DNA from: Octopus vulgaris
Lineage: Eukaryota
Length of the DNA: 64,000 bases
Reading direction: 5' to 3'
NCBI GenBank assembly: GCA_951406725.2
Contig: OX597826.1
Location: 11,966,001-12,030,000 of the forward strand
Position numbers and translations under genes: made by a program. Each line of letters opens with the position of its first letter. Position 1 is the first letter of the stretch. This document shows positions 14,401-26,719 of this stretch, piece after piece. Below the pieces are notes generated by a model. It was not told the DNA's origin. It saw only the letters and a list, made by a program, of their open reading frames with translations, and ran no database searches.

Positions 14401-14464
<64 letters not shown>

Positions 14465-14734
14465 TTTCTGTTCTTGAAATGAAAACCAAAGTGAAGCAAA
14501 AAAAAATAATGAAAAAAAAAACCATACTAATGTAAATTGACAGCTTCCATTTCTCTGTTTTGTTTCATCGTTATTGCAAGCAGTAAGATAACTTATAATT
14601 AGGCTACAAGACACAATTATAGAAAATGAAACTGAGAAAATGTAAAATAACAAATGAATACACAAGGAAAAGGAAAGAGAAAAATCTTAAAACAATGGCT
14701 TCCATTTCAGTTCAGAGATTTGTTTATCCCGAAT

Positions 14735-14741
14735 AACATTC

Positions 14742-14799
<58 letters not shown>

Positions 14800-14909
14800 T
14801 GATGATGATAATAATAACAATAATAATAATGATAATAACAATAATAATAATAATAATAATAATGATGATGATGATGATGATGATGATGATAATAACATTA
14901 ATAATAATG

Positions 14910-14943
<34 letters not shown>

Positions 14944-14986
14944 TAATAATAATAATAATAATAATCATGATAATAATAATAACATA

Positions 14987-15047
<61 letters not shown>

Positions 15048-15096
15048 TGACTATATTGACGACGACAATAATGTTGATGATGACGATGATGATGAC

Positions 15097-15127
<31 letters not shown>

Positions 15128-15130
15128 ATG
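14735..15130. repeat. (AAT)/(GAT) microsatellite
   Basis: Direct observation. Confidence 0.95.
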
Positions 15131-15969
15131 AGGGCGATAAGAATAATAATACAAAATGAGTGAAGTAGATATTTAATAATGTTTAAGAGGATGTCGACCT
15201 TAAGAGTGTCTGCATCCTCTTCAGGTCTCATTGTGACACGTATATTTCCTGACATTGAATAGATGCCGTTCTAGTTATGAGTATCTGACACTGTCCATTT
15301 GATCGGCGTCGGGGTGGAGTTTGTGTATTAGAGAGTTTTATAAAATGATCAGCCATCGCTAAGTTTATGCATCTAATTGACAATCGTCTGCTATAAGCAA
15401 TTTTTTTTGTTTGTTTGCTCAATTATTTTTATACGATTCGTATCTATTCTTTCGCCTGTCAACAATTATTTTTTTTTTATCAAACATGTCTTACCGCTGG
15501 ATAATTATTTTCCAACGATTAGTTATCGAGGTATGTATATTCTGTGTCTTCTATTTAGCTATGGTATTTGAAAATTATTCAACTTAATGCTTTAAAACTC
15601 ATCCACAAAACACAGTGCTTCTTTTCGAGAATGCTATATATTTAATTCTGCTTGTTCTTTAATTCAGTTTATTTAAATAGCTTTTTAACATTTTAATGTA
15701 TAAAGTTTCAAATCAATAACGCTTTTAATGATTTGCTTGAGACCTAACTCTTTTTGGAGTCCTGGCAGAGCTACTGTATTTGAAGTGTAACTGACTTCCT
15801 CGCCCGACACAGATGACTCCCAGGTTTCCGTTAATGAGTTAAAGGTTCATTGCTTGGTGTTTTCCATTTTTTCCCATTCACTCCGCGCTGTCCACTTCTC
15901 TTTTTTTTTTTTCCTATTCTGCACTTATTGTTCGCTTCTCAACCACGTGTTTCTGGATCAGTCATACTG

Positions 15970-16131
15970 TGCAGCACCTTGGCCAAGTGTCTTCGAATAT
16001 ACCTTCCAGCAGTCTTCTGATCGGATTTGGGAAATGGAAACTGCATAGAAGCCGGGCCGAATATATTTATATTTACACATATACAATATATATGAATATA
16101 CATACATGTGTATATGTATGTATGTATGTAC

Positions 16132-16202
<71 letters not shown>

Positions 16203-16316
16203 TAGATATGTATACATACATACATGTATATATATATATGTATACCCATATATAAATGTACATATATACATGTATATAGGTATTAATGTGTGTGTATATA
16301 TGTATATATATATATG

Positions 16317-16356
<40 letters not shown>

Positions 16357-16365
16357 CATATGTAA

Positions 16366-16410
<45 letters not shown>

Positions 16411-16635
16411 GATGTATGTGCATATGTAAATATTTGTGTTTGATCCTACATTACTTGTCAATCGGTTTTTGTTTATTTACGTCTCCACAACTTAGTAGTT
16501 CATCGAACGATCCGACAGACTAGATATCAGAATATAAAGAAGGTATAAGTACTGGGGTCAATTTGTTTAACCTAACGCTTCTAAGTGGAACCCGAAAATG
16601 GCCGCAGTGAAATGACTGAAACAAGTAAAAGTATA
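15970..16635 (+). mobile_element. Degenerate SINE family 1 with expanded internal (TA)n
   Basis: GCACCTTGGCCAAGTGTCTTC...GGATTTGG...GAAACTG, then the tail AATGACTGAAACAAGTAAAAG. Confidence 0.65.
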
Positions 16636-17096
16636 AAGAAAAGAATGCTGTTTGTTAGATTTAGCTTCATAGCCATAAAATCTTTTTCTTCACTGTTGTT
16701 AGGCCCTGTGTACATAATGCCTCGCATGTTGCGGCAGCACAATATTTCCGATACCTATGTCTTCTTCCGTTTCCCCACTTCAATGATGGTTTAAAAAATT
16801 TTGTGCCATTATATTTTAGTTCAAATTTCATCATGATCGATCTTGCCAAGATATACTTTCAACGTCTATAAATTAGCTGCTAATGAATTACTAGCTCACA
16901 ATGTCTAACATATTCACCAACCCATTACTGAATATTTGTTCACTACAACTGCTGGTGTGTCTTCCATGGAATTTGTGGCGTTGTGCCTGTGCCAGAAATC
17001 GTTAGTAAAAATGTTAAGTATTTCAGATTAAACGAAGTTTAAATATTAAGGAATTCTACAAAATATATATGACTATGTTTGTGTATGCACATGTGA

Positions 17097-17184
<88 letters not shown>

Positions 17185-17917
17185 ATAATTAAAATTAAAA
17201 ATTAAATAGTTTTGTTGTGCAAATGAAGATTATTGTCTGGAAATATTTAATATATTGCTTTATATTATACATTCATTAAAGTCAATTAATTCTCTCATCG
17301 AATGAAAATAATGGCTCCACAAATAATCCATTATACATGCGTGAAATTAAATTCTAAATGTTTTTGAAATTATTTCAATTATTTCTTAAAATGGCTAATT
17401 CTGCACGCAAAGGATGTATATCAGCGAGAAATTAATAAGATTATTTAGTTCTTAAATATAATTCTCTATGATTTATTGGGGAAAATCTAAGTGAACACAG
17501 TACAGTTAATTGCAAACCTTTTGGAAAAGAAATATTGGACACGATAAATTTGTAACAAAATATTGTTAATTTTGTTTCGAAACAAAGACTACAAACAAAT
17601 ACTCACAAAAACACAGATACGTTTGCACGCTCGCTCACCCCCTACAAACTGTAACGGAAATATTAGAGCATTATGGTATACATATTCCCAAGTATATTTT
17701 ACTTTCTGTGTTTATGTGTTAGTTTTTGTGCTTCCTAGGGTTTATTAGCAAGTTTTTTTTCTAGACGCCAGGAATCTGCTCCGTTTATACTATTATCCAT
17801 AAAAAACATATACACATACTCACAGAGATTCACTAACACATAAAGTTTGCTACGATGCGCTTAGAATTAATATTCATCAAGCTATAAACAGAAGGCAAAT
17901 AAAATATATTTTATAAT

Positions 17918-18145
17918 TTCTTATTTCTTTATTGCCCACAAGGGGCTAAACACAGAGAGGACAAACAATGACAAACAAACGGATTAAGTCGATTATATCG
18001 ACCCCAGTGCGTAACTAGTACTTATTTAATCGACCCCGAAAGGATGAAAGGCAAAGTCGACCTCGGCGAAATTTGAACTCAGAACGTAGCGGCAGACGAA
18101 ATACCACTAAGCATATCGCTAACGTTTCTGCCAGCTTACCACCTG
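17918..18145 (-). mobile_element. SINE family 2 copy
   Basis: GATTAAGTCGATTATATCGACCCCAGTGCGTAACT...GAAAGGCAAAGTCGACCTCGGCG. Confidence 0.85.
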
Positions 18146-18248
18146 ACAATAATTTCTTATTATACAGGAAAATACCATATATGTCCCCATTACAATTATC
18201 CTGAAATGGAATATAAAACTCGTACTTTGTTAAAAACAATGATTCACT

Positions 18249-18601
18249 ATGTATGTATGTATGTATGTATGTATGTATGTATGTATGTATGTATGTATGT
18301 ATGTATGTATGCATGCATGTATGTATGTAAGCATGTATGTATGTATGTATGTATGTACGTACGTACGTAGTAGGTACGTATGTATGTATGTATGTATGTA
18401 GGTATGTGTATGTATGTATGTATGTACGTACGTACGTACGTATGTATGTATGTATGTGTATGTATGTATGTATGTACGTACGTACGTATGTATGTATGTA
18501 TGTATGTATGTATGTATGTATGTATGTATGCATGAATGTATGTATGTATGTATATGTATGTATGTATGTATGTATGTATATATGTATGTATCTATCTATC
18601 A

Positions 18602-18662
<61 letters not shown>

Positions 18663-18663
18663 C

Positions 18664-18752
<89 letters not shown>
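18249..18752. repeat. (TATG)n followed by (TATC)n microsatellite
   Basis: Direct observation. Confidence 0.95.
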
Positions 18753-19035
18753 CATTTATATATCACTTTTCGCTTTCATTAGATCCTTTCCAAGAAATGT
18801 AATTTAATCTCCCGTCCCCTTGTAGTCACACATGCATGTTTATATATTTTTTTCTACCTGCGTTTTCCGGACTGCTTGTGCTAAGTGCCACTGAAGTCAA
18901 ATATGACTTCTTAAAAATAATTAATTTCTTTCGGGGTCGATAAGACAAGTACTTGTTGAGTACTGGGGTCGACTAAACTCCTCCCCCGAAATTACTGGCC
19001 TTTTGCCAAAACCGTCATTATCATCATCATCATCA

Positions 19036-19076
<41 letters not shown>

Positions 19077-19159
19077 GTTGTTGTTGTTGTTGTTGTTGCT
19101 ATTATTGTTATTATTATTATTATTGTTGTTGTTGTTGTTATTATTATTATTAGCATTAT

Positions 19160-19365
19160 TAAGGCGGTGAGCTGACAGAATCATTGACACGTCTGGCAAA
19201 ATGCTTTACAACATTTCGTCTGTCTTTACGTTGCGTTCAAATTCCACCGAAGTCGACTTTGCCCTTCATCCTGTCGGGGTCGATAAATTAAGTACCATTT
19301 GCTTACTGGAGTCGATGTAATCGACTGGACCCCTTCCTCCAAATTTCAGGCCTTGTGCTTATAGT
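19160..19365 (+). mobile_element. SINE family 2 copy
   Basis: Head AAGGCGGTGAGCTGACAGAATC, B-box GTTCAAATTCC, GGGGTCGATAAATTAAGTACCA. Confidence 0.85.
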
Positions 19366-19477
19366 AGAAAAGATTCTTCTTCTTCTTCTTCTTCTTCTTC
19401 TTCTTCTTCTTCTTCTTCTTCTTCTTCTTCTTCTTCTTCTTCTTCTTCTTCTTCTTCTTCTTCTTCTTCTTCTTCTT

Positions 19478-19945
19478 CATGGTTGTTAGGTAGTATGACT
19501 TCTTATTTGTATTTGTCAGCTTCCTTAAATACAGTTTTTTGTTCTGCTCGTGTTTTGTGGCTATTTTTATTAGTTTTCCTTGTTTCTGAAGTTGGTGTTT
19601 TTGCAGTCCTATGGTGGTTATTTTATAATAGATTTCCAGCTGTATAAGGCCTCTACCACATTCTATACATTGTTTATATAACCTTTCTATGTCAGATTTT
19701 GGGTGGTGCATCCTAGATCCTGTCACTATTTTTTTTGTTTTCCTGTATATTTTGTTCATTTGGTGTCCAGTTAAGGATATTGTAGCTGTAACTTATAACT
19801 GGGACGGGTAAAGTGTTAATACCTGTTATCTTGTTCTTTTGCGTTGAGCTCTGTTTTCAGTATTTATCTAACTCATCTATAGTATTCGTCCTTTATTTTC
19901 TCTTTCATTTGTGTGTGTTGTATCGTATCTAGTCGAATCAGGGTT
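19478..19945 (-). pseudogene. R4/Dong-like (R2-group) non-LTR retrotransposon RT-thumb remnant
   Basis: Minus-strand peptides ILKTELNAK/NKITGINTLPVPVISYSYNILNWT and MHHPKSDIERLY...GRGL match the HPKxDxxRLYxxxxxGGRGL motif; stops and frameshifts are present. Confidence 0.7.
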
Positions 19946-20206
19946 GTTTAAGGATGTTGAACGAACCACTTATTTTTCCAGAGGTGAGTTATCCAAACCC
20001 CAAAGAATTTCTCTCAACACATGGCTATGGTGCTCTCCCACTACTTCTACTCGAGATCAGATATGTACATATTGTCAGCTCAACTGGTTAAGGTCAAACA
20101 ACTGACAAGCAAATATGTGGTATTAATCATAATATTTGCTGTAGCCCATCTTCTACACCAAGACAAAACAATGTACATGATGACAATCAGTTAAGATCAG
20201 AAGCTA

Positions 20207-21419
20207 CGAGGGGCGTTCAATAAGTAATGCCCCTGACCCACTTCCCATAGTAGTAGAGCAAGGAAACTTGGCACAGTTATTAGTCTTTTGCTACATAGGA
20301 ACCACCCAGAGTTACGCATTTCTCCCATCGTTTGATGCAGCTCTGGAGACCGTTCTTTTAGGAGACCCCAGCTTGGTCTTCCAACCACAACGTGACTTCA
20401 GAAATCAAGGCTGCATCATCTGGGAAATGCTTTCCTTTCAAACACAACTTCATGGCTGGGAAGAGGTGAAAATCAGAGGGTGCAAGGTCAGGAGAGTAGA
20501 GGGATGGGGAGGAGTTCATAGCCGCACGCCTGTGCTTCTGATCTGGCGACACGCGAGTTGTGGACCGGAGCGTTGTCCTGCAGGAGGAGGATGCCTTTGC
20601 TGATCTTGCTCCGCCTCTTGATTTTGATAGCTTCTCTTAATTTCCTCAAAAGTGAAGCATAATAGGCTCCTGTAATTATGATACTCTTTGCCAGGAAATC
20701 TGTCATCACTACTCCGTCCTGGTCCCAGAAGACTGTGAACATGACCTTGCCAGTGGAGGGCTGCACCCTTGCCTTCTTTGGAGGAGGTGAGTCACGGTGC
20801 TTCCACTGCATTGACTCGGCTTTGGTCTCTGGATCATAGTGATGGACCCAGGTTTCATCCTGTGTAATCAGTCTTTTGAAAAATGTTGACTCATCTTCTT
20901 GGCACATCTCCAAATTCATCCTCGAGCACTCGACGCGTTCTTGCTTCTGGAAAGGTGTGAGCAACCTGAGAATCCATCTGGCAGATACCTTTTGCATATG
21001 CAAATGGTCATGAATGATAGTTTCTACAGACCTGGTACTAATTTTGACATCATGGCAGAAGGGGGCGACCAGATCTGGGAGCTGTTTTCACAGAGTTCCG
21101 ACCATGTTTGAATTCATGATGCCAGCGTTTTACAAGGTCATATGATGGGGCATCATCACCATAAGTTACTTTCATTTCATAAAAAGTCTCCCGTGGTGTG
21201 CGTCCTTTCAAATACAAAAACTGGATCACTGCTCGACACTCAACAGGCTCCATTTCACACTTGACTCAGTTCAAACACCTGTAAATAAGAAACCACAATT
21301 AGTTCAGAGCTGTAATTTTCCACTTAATCTATAGAGATATAAATTTTGCACATGCAAAATGTCAACTAGATCAAACAACTGCAAGTGGGTCAGGGGCATT
21401 ACTTATTGAACGCCCCTCG
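20207..21419 (-). mobile_element. Mariner (Tc1/mariner) DNA transposon
   Basis: TIRs CGAGGGGCGTTCAATAAGTAATGCCCCTGACCCACTT and its exact reverse complement; TA at 20205-20206 and 21420-21421. Confidence 0.95.
20300..21253 (-). pseudogene. Frameshifted mariner transposase
   Basis: N-terminal HTH region (ORF 21050-21253), ARWI(V)PR-like motif, ITQDETW, LLQDNAP and YSPDLAPSDFHLF spread over three ORF fragments. Confidence 0.92.
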
Positions 21420-21455
21420 TATGAGAGCCACTGTCTAGTACTACATCAGGGCATA

Positions 21456-21531
<76 letters not shown>

Positions 21532-21590
21532 GCTTTTAGTAATAATAGCATTAGTAGAAACAGTATTAGTATTACTGTTATTAACTATAT

Positions 21591-21756
21591 AGGCGCAGGA
21601 GTGGCTGTGTGGTAAGTTGCTTGCTTACCAACCACATGGTTCCGGATTCAGTCCCACTGCGTGGCATCTTGGGCAAGTATCTTCTGTTATAGCCTCGGGT
21701 CGACCAAAGCCTTGTGAGTGGATTTGGTAGGCGGAAACTGAAACGAATCCTGTCGT
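21591..21756 (+). mobile_element. SINE family 1, 5' half
   Basis: AGGCGCAGGAGTGGCTGTGTGGTAAG head through GGAAACTGAAAC. Confidence 0.85.
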
Positions 21757-21878
21757 ATATATAAATATATATATATATTGGTAAAACGGTACGATAACAA
21801 AAGAAAGAAAGAGACCTCAATATTATGTAAATAGAGGAATTTATCTGTAAATATATGTGACAATTATTCGGTAGCCAA

Positions 21879-21939
21879 GATAAAACTCTGAGTTTCGGAT
21901 GCCGAGGTGAAAATCCACACCACCATCTCTTCAGTTATC
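21879..21939 (-). ncRNA. Hammerhead ribozyme motif, family D
   Basis: Reverse complement GATAA-CTGAAGA-GATG...CATC-C-GAAA-CTC-A-GAG-TT-TTATC; stems I, II and III all pair. Confidence 0.65.
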
Positions 21940-22724
21940 CGGCCATCGGAAAAACGCTATGAAAAAAGATCGTTATACAAAAGGAAATTTAATGTGTTAT
22001 AGACCGCTATTTATACAAAAGCGCTATTCGAATGACGGCTAATTAAGGTAAGGTAAAAAGTTCATAGTATACGCGTAAGCGCGCCTGTTCATACGTACAC
22101 ATGTGCGCTCAGACACCCACGTGCGTACGCATACATCACTAGAAAAATGTACACATCTTCACTCGCATCTTTCGCCAAATGTATATGCATATACATACAA
22201 CCCCCCCGCACACCCATATATGCACATACTCGCACACGTCTATATATGGATACACACACACGTGTGTGTGTATGCTTGGTGGCAGACAATGCGTAGAAAA
22301 CGGTATGTGAGACAGAAAGGACCCTAGAAACAGACGAGAAGGAGAAAAGGAAGTAAATGACGGTTATTAAAGAAGGAGCATAACAAATGAGAAATTTGTA
22401 TTACATAATTTATTTTAAAGTAATATATATATATTACGGAGATGTACTTGCATAGCAAGTGATTAGATCTGAGATCGTGTGCTGGAACGAAAATAATTGC
22501 AGCGTGGAAGGTGTTTCTAAGCCATTTAAGAAACACACAAAAGCCGTTCGATATATTTATATTTTGAAAATTAGTTCTCACTTCATCATTTTGTATAAAA
22601 TCATGCAAAGATCTATTGAACTTTAATTATAATTATTGCATGTTTGCCATGATACCTGATGTCACTTTTGGTAGCAAGAGCATACATCCAGCTACCCTTC
22701 ATATGATGGGTAACACACTAGTCG

Positions 22725-22785
<61 letters not shown>

Positions 22786-22791
22786 CATACA

Positions 22792-23070
22792 TTAGAAGGT
22801 TTGGAGGTGATGTACAGGTATTATATATTAGAAGAAATAAGGTACTCAGAAATTTGGATGGTTTTATATTTACAGAATTTTATTAATATGTCACATATTT
22901 TTATAAGTTATATAATAGCGCTTCCATCCACTCTAGTAGATTTTTCAGATTTCTTCAGAAATTAGCAATCGCTAATATGATTTATAAAAACATGTGATAT
23001 ATTAATAAAAATCTGTAAATATAATCCCATCCAGATTTCTGAGTACCTTATTTCTTCTAATATATATATA
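22792..23070. repeat. Imperfect inverted repeat of a pLTR-like sequence (related copy at ~33560-33690)
   Basis: TATTAGAAGAAATAAGGTACTCAGAAAT...TTTACAGA versus TCTGTAAA...ATTTCTGAGTACCTTATTTCTTCTAATA. Confidence 0.8.
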
Positions 23071-23108
23071 TAGATATGTACATATACATGTAGTGAGATA
23101 TTACATAT

Positions 23109-23182
<74 letters not shown>

Positions 23183-23474
23183 GCATTTTACATACCGAAT
23201 ACTGCTTGGTCGAATTTATTAACAATTAATTAATTCGACCCCCTTTTTTGATAACAATATAATGCTTTCTCTCCAAGAATTTGAACTGCAGTTTTTACCT
23301 CTGTAGAAATGTAATGCTCTATGACTCACGTGGGTGGACAGGGAGAATAATAGATCTCATTCGTATTTTTGGATTCGCTAGTACTGGGTGTCTGGCATGG
23401 TTTGTCCGATGTTACAGATATCGGACGGGTATGTTTGATTCTTAGTATTTTCAAATCTAAATCAGAAGAAATCT

Positions 23475-23534
23475 CTGAGCTGATGAAGGAAAAGTGGCGT
23501 TTTACCCACAAATCCAGAAACAGACTGTCCTCGG
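23475..23534 (+). ncRNA. Type I hammerhead ribozyme, family C, unit 1
   Basis: CTGAG-CTGATGA-A-GGA-(22 nt)-TCC-A-GAAA-CAG-A-CTG-TC-CTCGG; GUC triplet with predicted cut after 23529. Confidence 0.8.
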
Positions 23535-24036
23535 GTATCGTATATGGATGTGATCTTTCATTGTTTTTCCCTTATACCTATGTGAGTTATTTTTCTGAGT
23601 AGGCATTGTCTGGAGACTTTTATTTGCAGTTGAAGAAATAGCCAAATTTTTGGCTGCTATTTCTGAAAAGTTCGGTGGGTGGTAAAGTGAATTCTTTTAC
23701 TTTACCATATTTTTATGAATTAATACTTCAAATATACCGTAAATGGTCTTTACATACCGAATACTGCTTGGTCGAATTTATTAACAATTAATTAATTCGA
23801 CCCCCTTTTTTGATAACAATATAATGCTTTCTCTCCAAGAATTTGAACTGCAGTTTTTACCTCTGTAGAAATGTAATGCTCTATGACTCACGTGGGTGGA
23901 CAGGGAGAATAATAGATCTCATTCGTATTTTTGGATTCGCTAGTACTGGGTGTCTGGCATGGTTTGTCCGATGTTACAGATATCGGACGGGTATGTTTGA
24001 TTCTTAGTATTTTCAAATCTAAATCAGAAGAAATCT

Positions 24037-24096
24037 CTGAGCTGATGAAGGAAAAGTGGCGTTTTACCCACAAATCCAGAAACAGACTGTCCTCGG
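24037..24096 (+). ncRNA. Type I hammerhead ribozyme, family C, unit 2
   Basis: Identical motif 562 nt downstream; predicted cut after 24091. Confidence 0.8.
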
Positions 24097-24375
24097 GTAT
24101 CGTATACGGATGTGATCTTTCATTGTTTTTCCCTTATACCTATGTGAGTTATTTTTCTGAGTAGGCATTGTCTGGAGACTTTTATTTGCAGTTGAAGAAA
24201 TAGCCAAATTTTTGGCTGCTATTTCTGAAAAGTTCGGTGTGTGGTAAAGTGAATTCTTTTACTTTACCATATTTTTATAAATTAATACTTCAAATATACC
24301 GTAAATGGTCTTTACATACCGAATACTGCTTGGTCGAATTTATTAACAATTAATTAATTCGACCCCCTTTTTTGA

Positions 24376-24447
<72 letters not shown>

Positions 24448-25190
24448 CACATATGCATACGTGTATGTGACAGTATACTCATGTATATACACACACACAT
24501 ATATATAGCATACCTAAATCTATATGTTTATAAATATACACTCTTTTGGCGCGCACACACACACACCCTCCCCAGACAAACACATACATATATAGATATA
24601 TATTCAGGCTGTGTTGGTATTGAATATATTGCATTGCTTCGATAAGGATCGTCCCAAATGAACTGAATATAAAGATATACTAGCATTTAAGCAGTTGGTA
24701 AAGTTATTTTGATGAAAGTAACGTTTTAGTTCATTTCAAGATTCACACTTTGAAGATATTGTCAAATTTCATGAATTAATGCTCCATTATATTTTGGGTG
24801 CTGGCAGATGTTTGAGAACATAAACACGTATAAGTATACCTTGCTCAAACGGTAGTAGTTGTGATACTCTCAGGAAAACAGATGTTCGGTTCTTTTGTCG
24901 TGGAATAAGGTGCCTGGAATTCTATGCGAACGTACCAATTTTTTATTCATCTTATTCCGCTTACAATACTTTGAACAAAATTATGATTTAGAAGAAAGTT
25001 AAATAAGGAATTTTCGAAAAAAAAAAATTTTTAGCAATTTATGGATAATTTCAAAATCGATGTTTGTAAATTCATGCAATATTTCCGTATGTTTAGACAT
25101 ACTGATAAATTTATGTTTATAGGTATACTTAAATAACATATTATCTGTCTGTCTGTCTGTCTGTCTCTGTCTGTCTCTCTCTTCTCTCTG

Positions 25191-25233
<43 letters not shown>

Positions 25234-25441
25234 TCTCTTTTAGTCTTTTACTCTTTTACTTGTTTCAGTCATTTGACTACGGCCATGCTGGAGCACCGCC
25301 TTTAGTCGAGAAAATCGACCCCGGGACTTATTCTTTGTAAGCCCAGTACTTATTCTTATCGGTCACTTTTGCCGAACCGCTAAGTGACAGGGACATAAAC
25401 ACACCAGCATCGGTTGTCAAGCAATGCTAGGGGGACAAACA
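25234..25441 (-). mobile_element. SINE family 1, 3' half only
   Basis: The family match ends at GGGGACAAACA, next to the (TA)n and hammerhead fold-back. Confidence 0.85.
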
Positions 25442-25447
25442 GTGCCA

Positions 25448-25478
<31 letters not shown>

Positions 25479-25483
<5 letters not shown>

Positions 25484-25690
25484 TATATAGAAGGAGCTTC
25501 TACAGGACTAGTACTGTTTCATTCAAGAGAAATCTTCAGGAAGCCCTTCAGGAAGCCCTTCAGGAAGCCCTGAAGCCCTGAGCTTCCTGAAGATTTCTCT
25601 TGAATGAAACAGTACTAGTCCTGAAACTCCTTCTATATAATAAATTAATTTTACTCTGCTATGTGGTTAACCCCGAATCAACCCGGGACC

Positions 25691-25695
<5 letters not shown>
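25479..25695. ncRNA. Divergent pair of family A hammerheads (minus 25496-25544 intact; plus ~25581-25628 lacks the cleavage dinucleotide)
   Basis: GCTTC-CTGAAGA-TTTCTCTTGAAT-GAAA-CAG-TACTAGTC-CTG-TA-GAAGC on the minus strand. The plus copy continues into GGTTAACCCCGAATCAACCCGGGACCTAC, as at 1626-1700. Confidence 0.75.
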
Positions 25696-25735
<40 letters not shown>

Positions 25736-25940
25736 GCATACATACACACACACACACCCACACACACACATATATATATATAAACAATTGCAGCGTAGAT
25801 GGTGTTTTATAAGCCATTTAAAAAAACACTTCAATAGATTCCCTTCAATATTTAATTTAATTTCTCAAAATATTTTCGTCGCTTTGAGACCGCGACCTGT
25901 TCACTGAAAAGATTGAGTGTGTGTGTGTATATATATATAT

Positions 25941-26338
25941 CTTTTACTTGTTTCAGTCATTTGACTGCGGCCATGCTGGAGCACCGCCTTTAATCGAGCA
26001 ACTCGACCCCGGGACTTATTCTTTTGTAAGCCCAGTACTTATTCTATCGGTCTCTTTTGCCCAACCGCTAAGTAACGGGGACATAAACACGCCAGCATCG
26101 GTTGTCAAGCAATGCTAGGGGGACAAACACAGACACACAAACGCACACACGCATATATATATATACATATATACGACGGGCTTCTTTCAGTTTCCGTCTA
26201 CCAAATCCACTCACAAGGCTTTGGTCGGCCCGAGGCTATAGTAGAAGACACTTGCCCAAGGTGCCACGCAGTGGGACTGAACCCGGAACCAAGTGGTTGG
26301 TAAACAAGCTACTTACCACACAGCCACTCCTGCGTCTA
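25941..26338 (-). mobile_element. SINE family 1, full length
   Basis: Family match through CACACAGCCACTCCTGCG. Confidence 0.9.
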
Positions 26339-26541
26339 TATATAATATATATATATACAATATAATATATATATATTATATAACATATATATAATATATA
26401 TAATATATATATAACATATATATAATATATATATTATATATATATAACATATATATATAATATATATAATATATATATAACATATATAATATATATATAA
26501 CATATATATATAATATATATATATGTGTGTGTGAGTGTGTA

Positions 26542-26576
<35 letters not shown>

Positions 26577-26683
26577 TTATATCTCTCTATTTGCTTATCG
26601 ATGCAAACGTGTGTTTTATTTAAAAATGAAACTTATACAAATTGTATGACTATGTTTACATACACACGTGCATATGATCTGTT

Positions 26684-26719
<36 letters not shown>

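Larger units (their letters stand above)
23187..24379 (+). repeat. 562-bp tandem array (2 units plus ~69 bp), one hammerhead per unit; retrozyme-like
   Basis: TTTACATACCGAATACTGCTTGG starts at 23187, 23749 and 24311; the units differ by about three substitutions; (TA)n lies on both sides. Confidence 0.9.

Noticed and set aside
22912-22965. Possible hammerhead on the minus strand (CTGAAGA...GGAAGCGCTA)
   Set aside because: The GAAA box is altered and stems I and II do not pair convincingly.
23187-24379. CRISPR array or coding repeats (ORFs 23369 and 23931)
   Set aside because: No short repeat and unique spacer structure, no cas genes, eukaryotic context; the ORFs are short, start at TTG and have no recognisable motif.
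25860-25912. GTCGC/GCGAC-GAAA-ATAT-T motif on the minus strand
   Set aside because: The 3' half looks hammerhead-like but there is no CUGANGA box.
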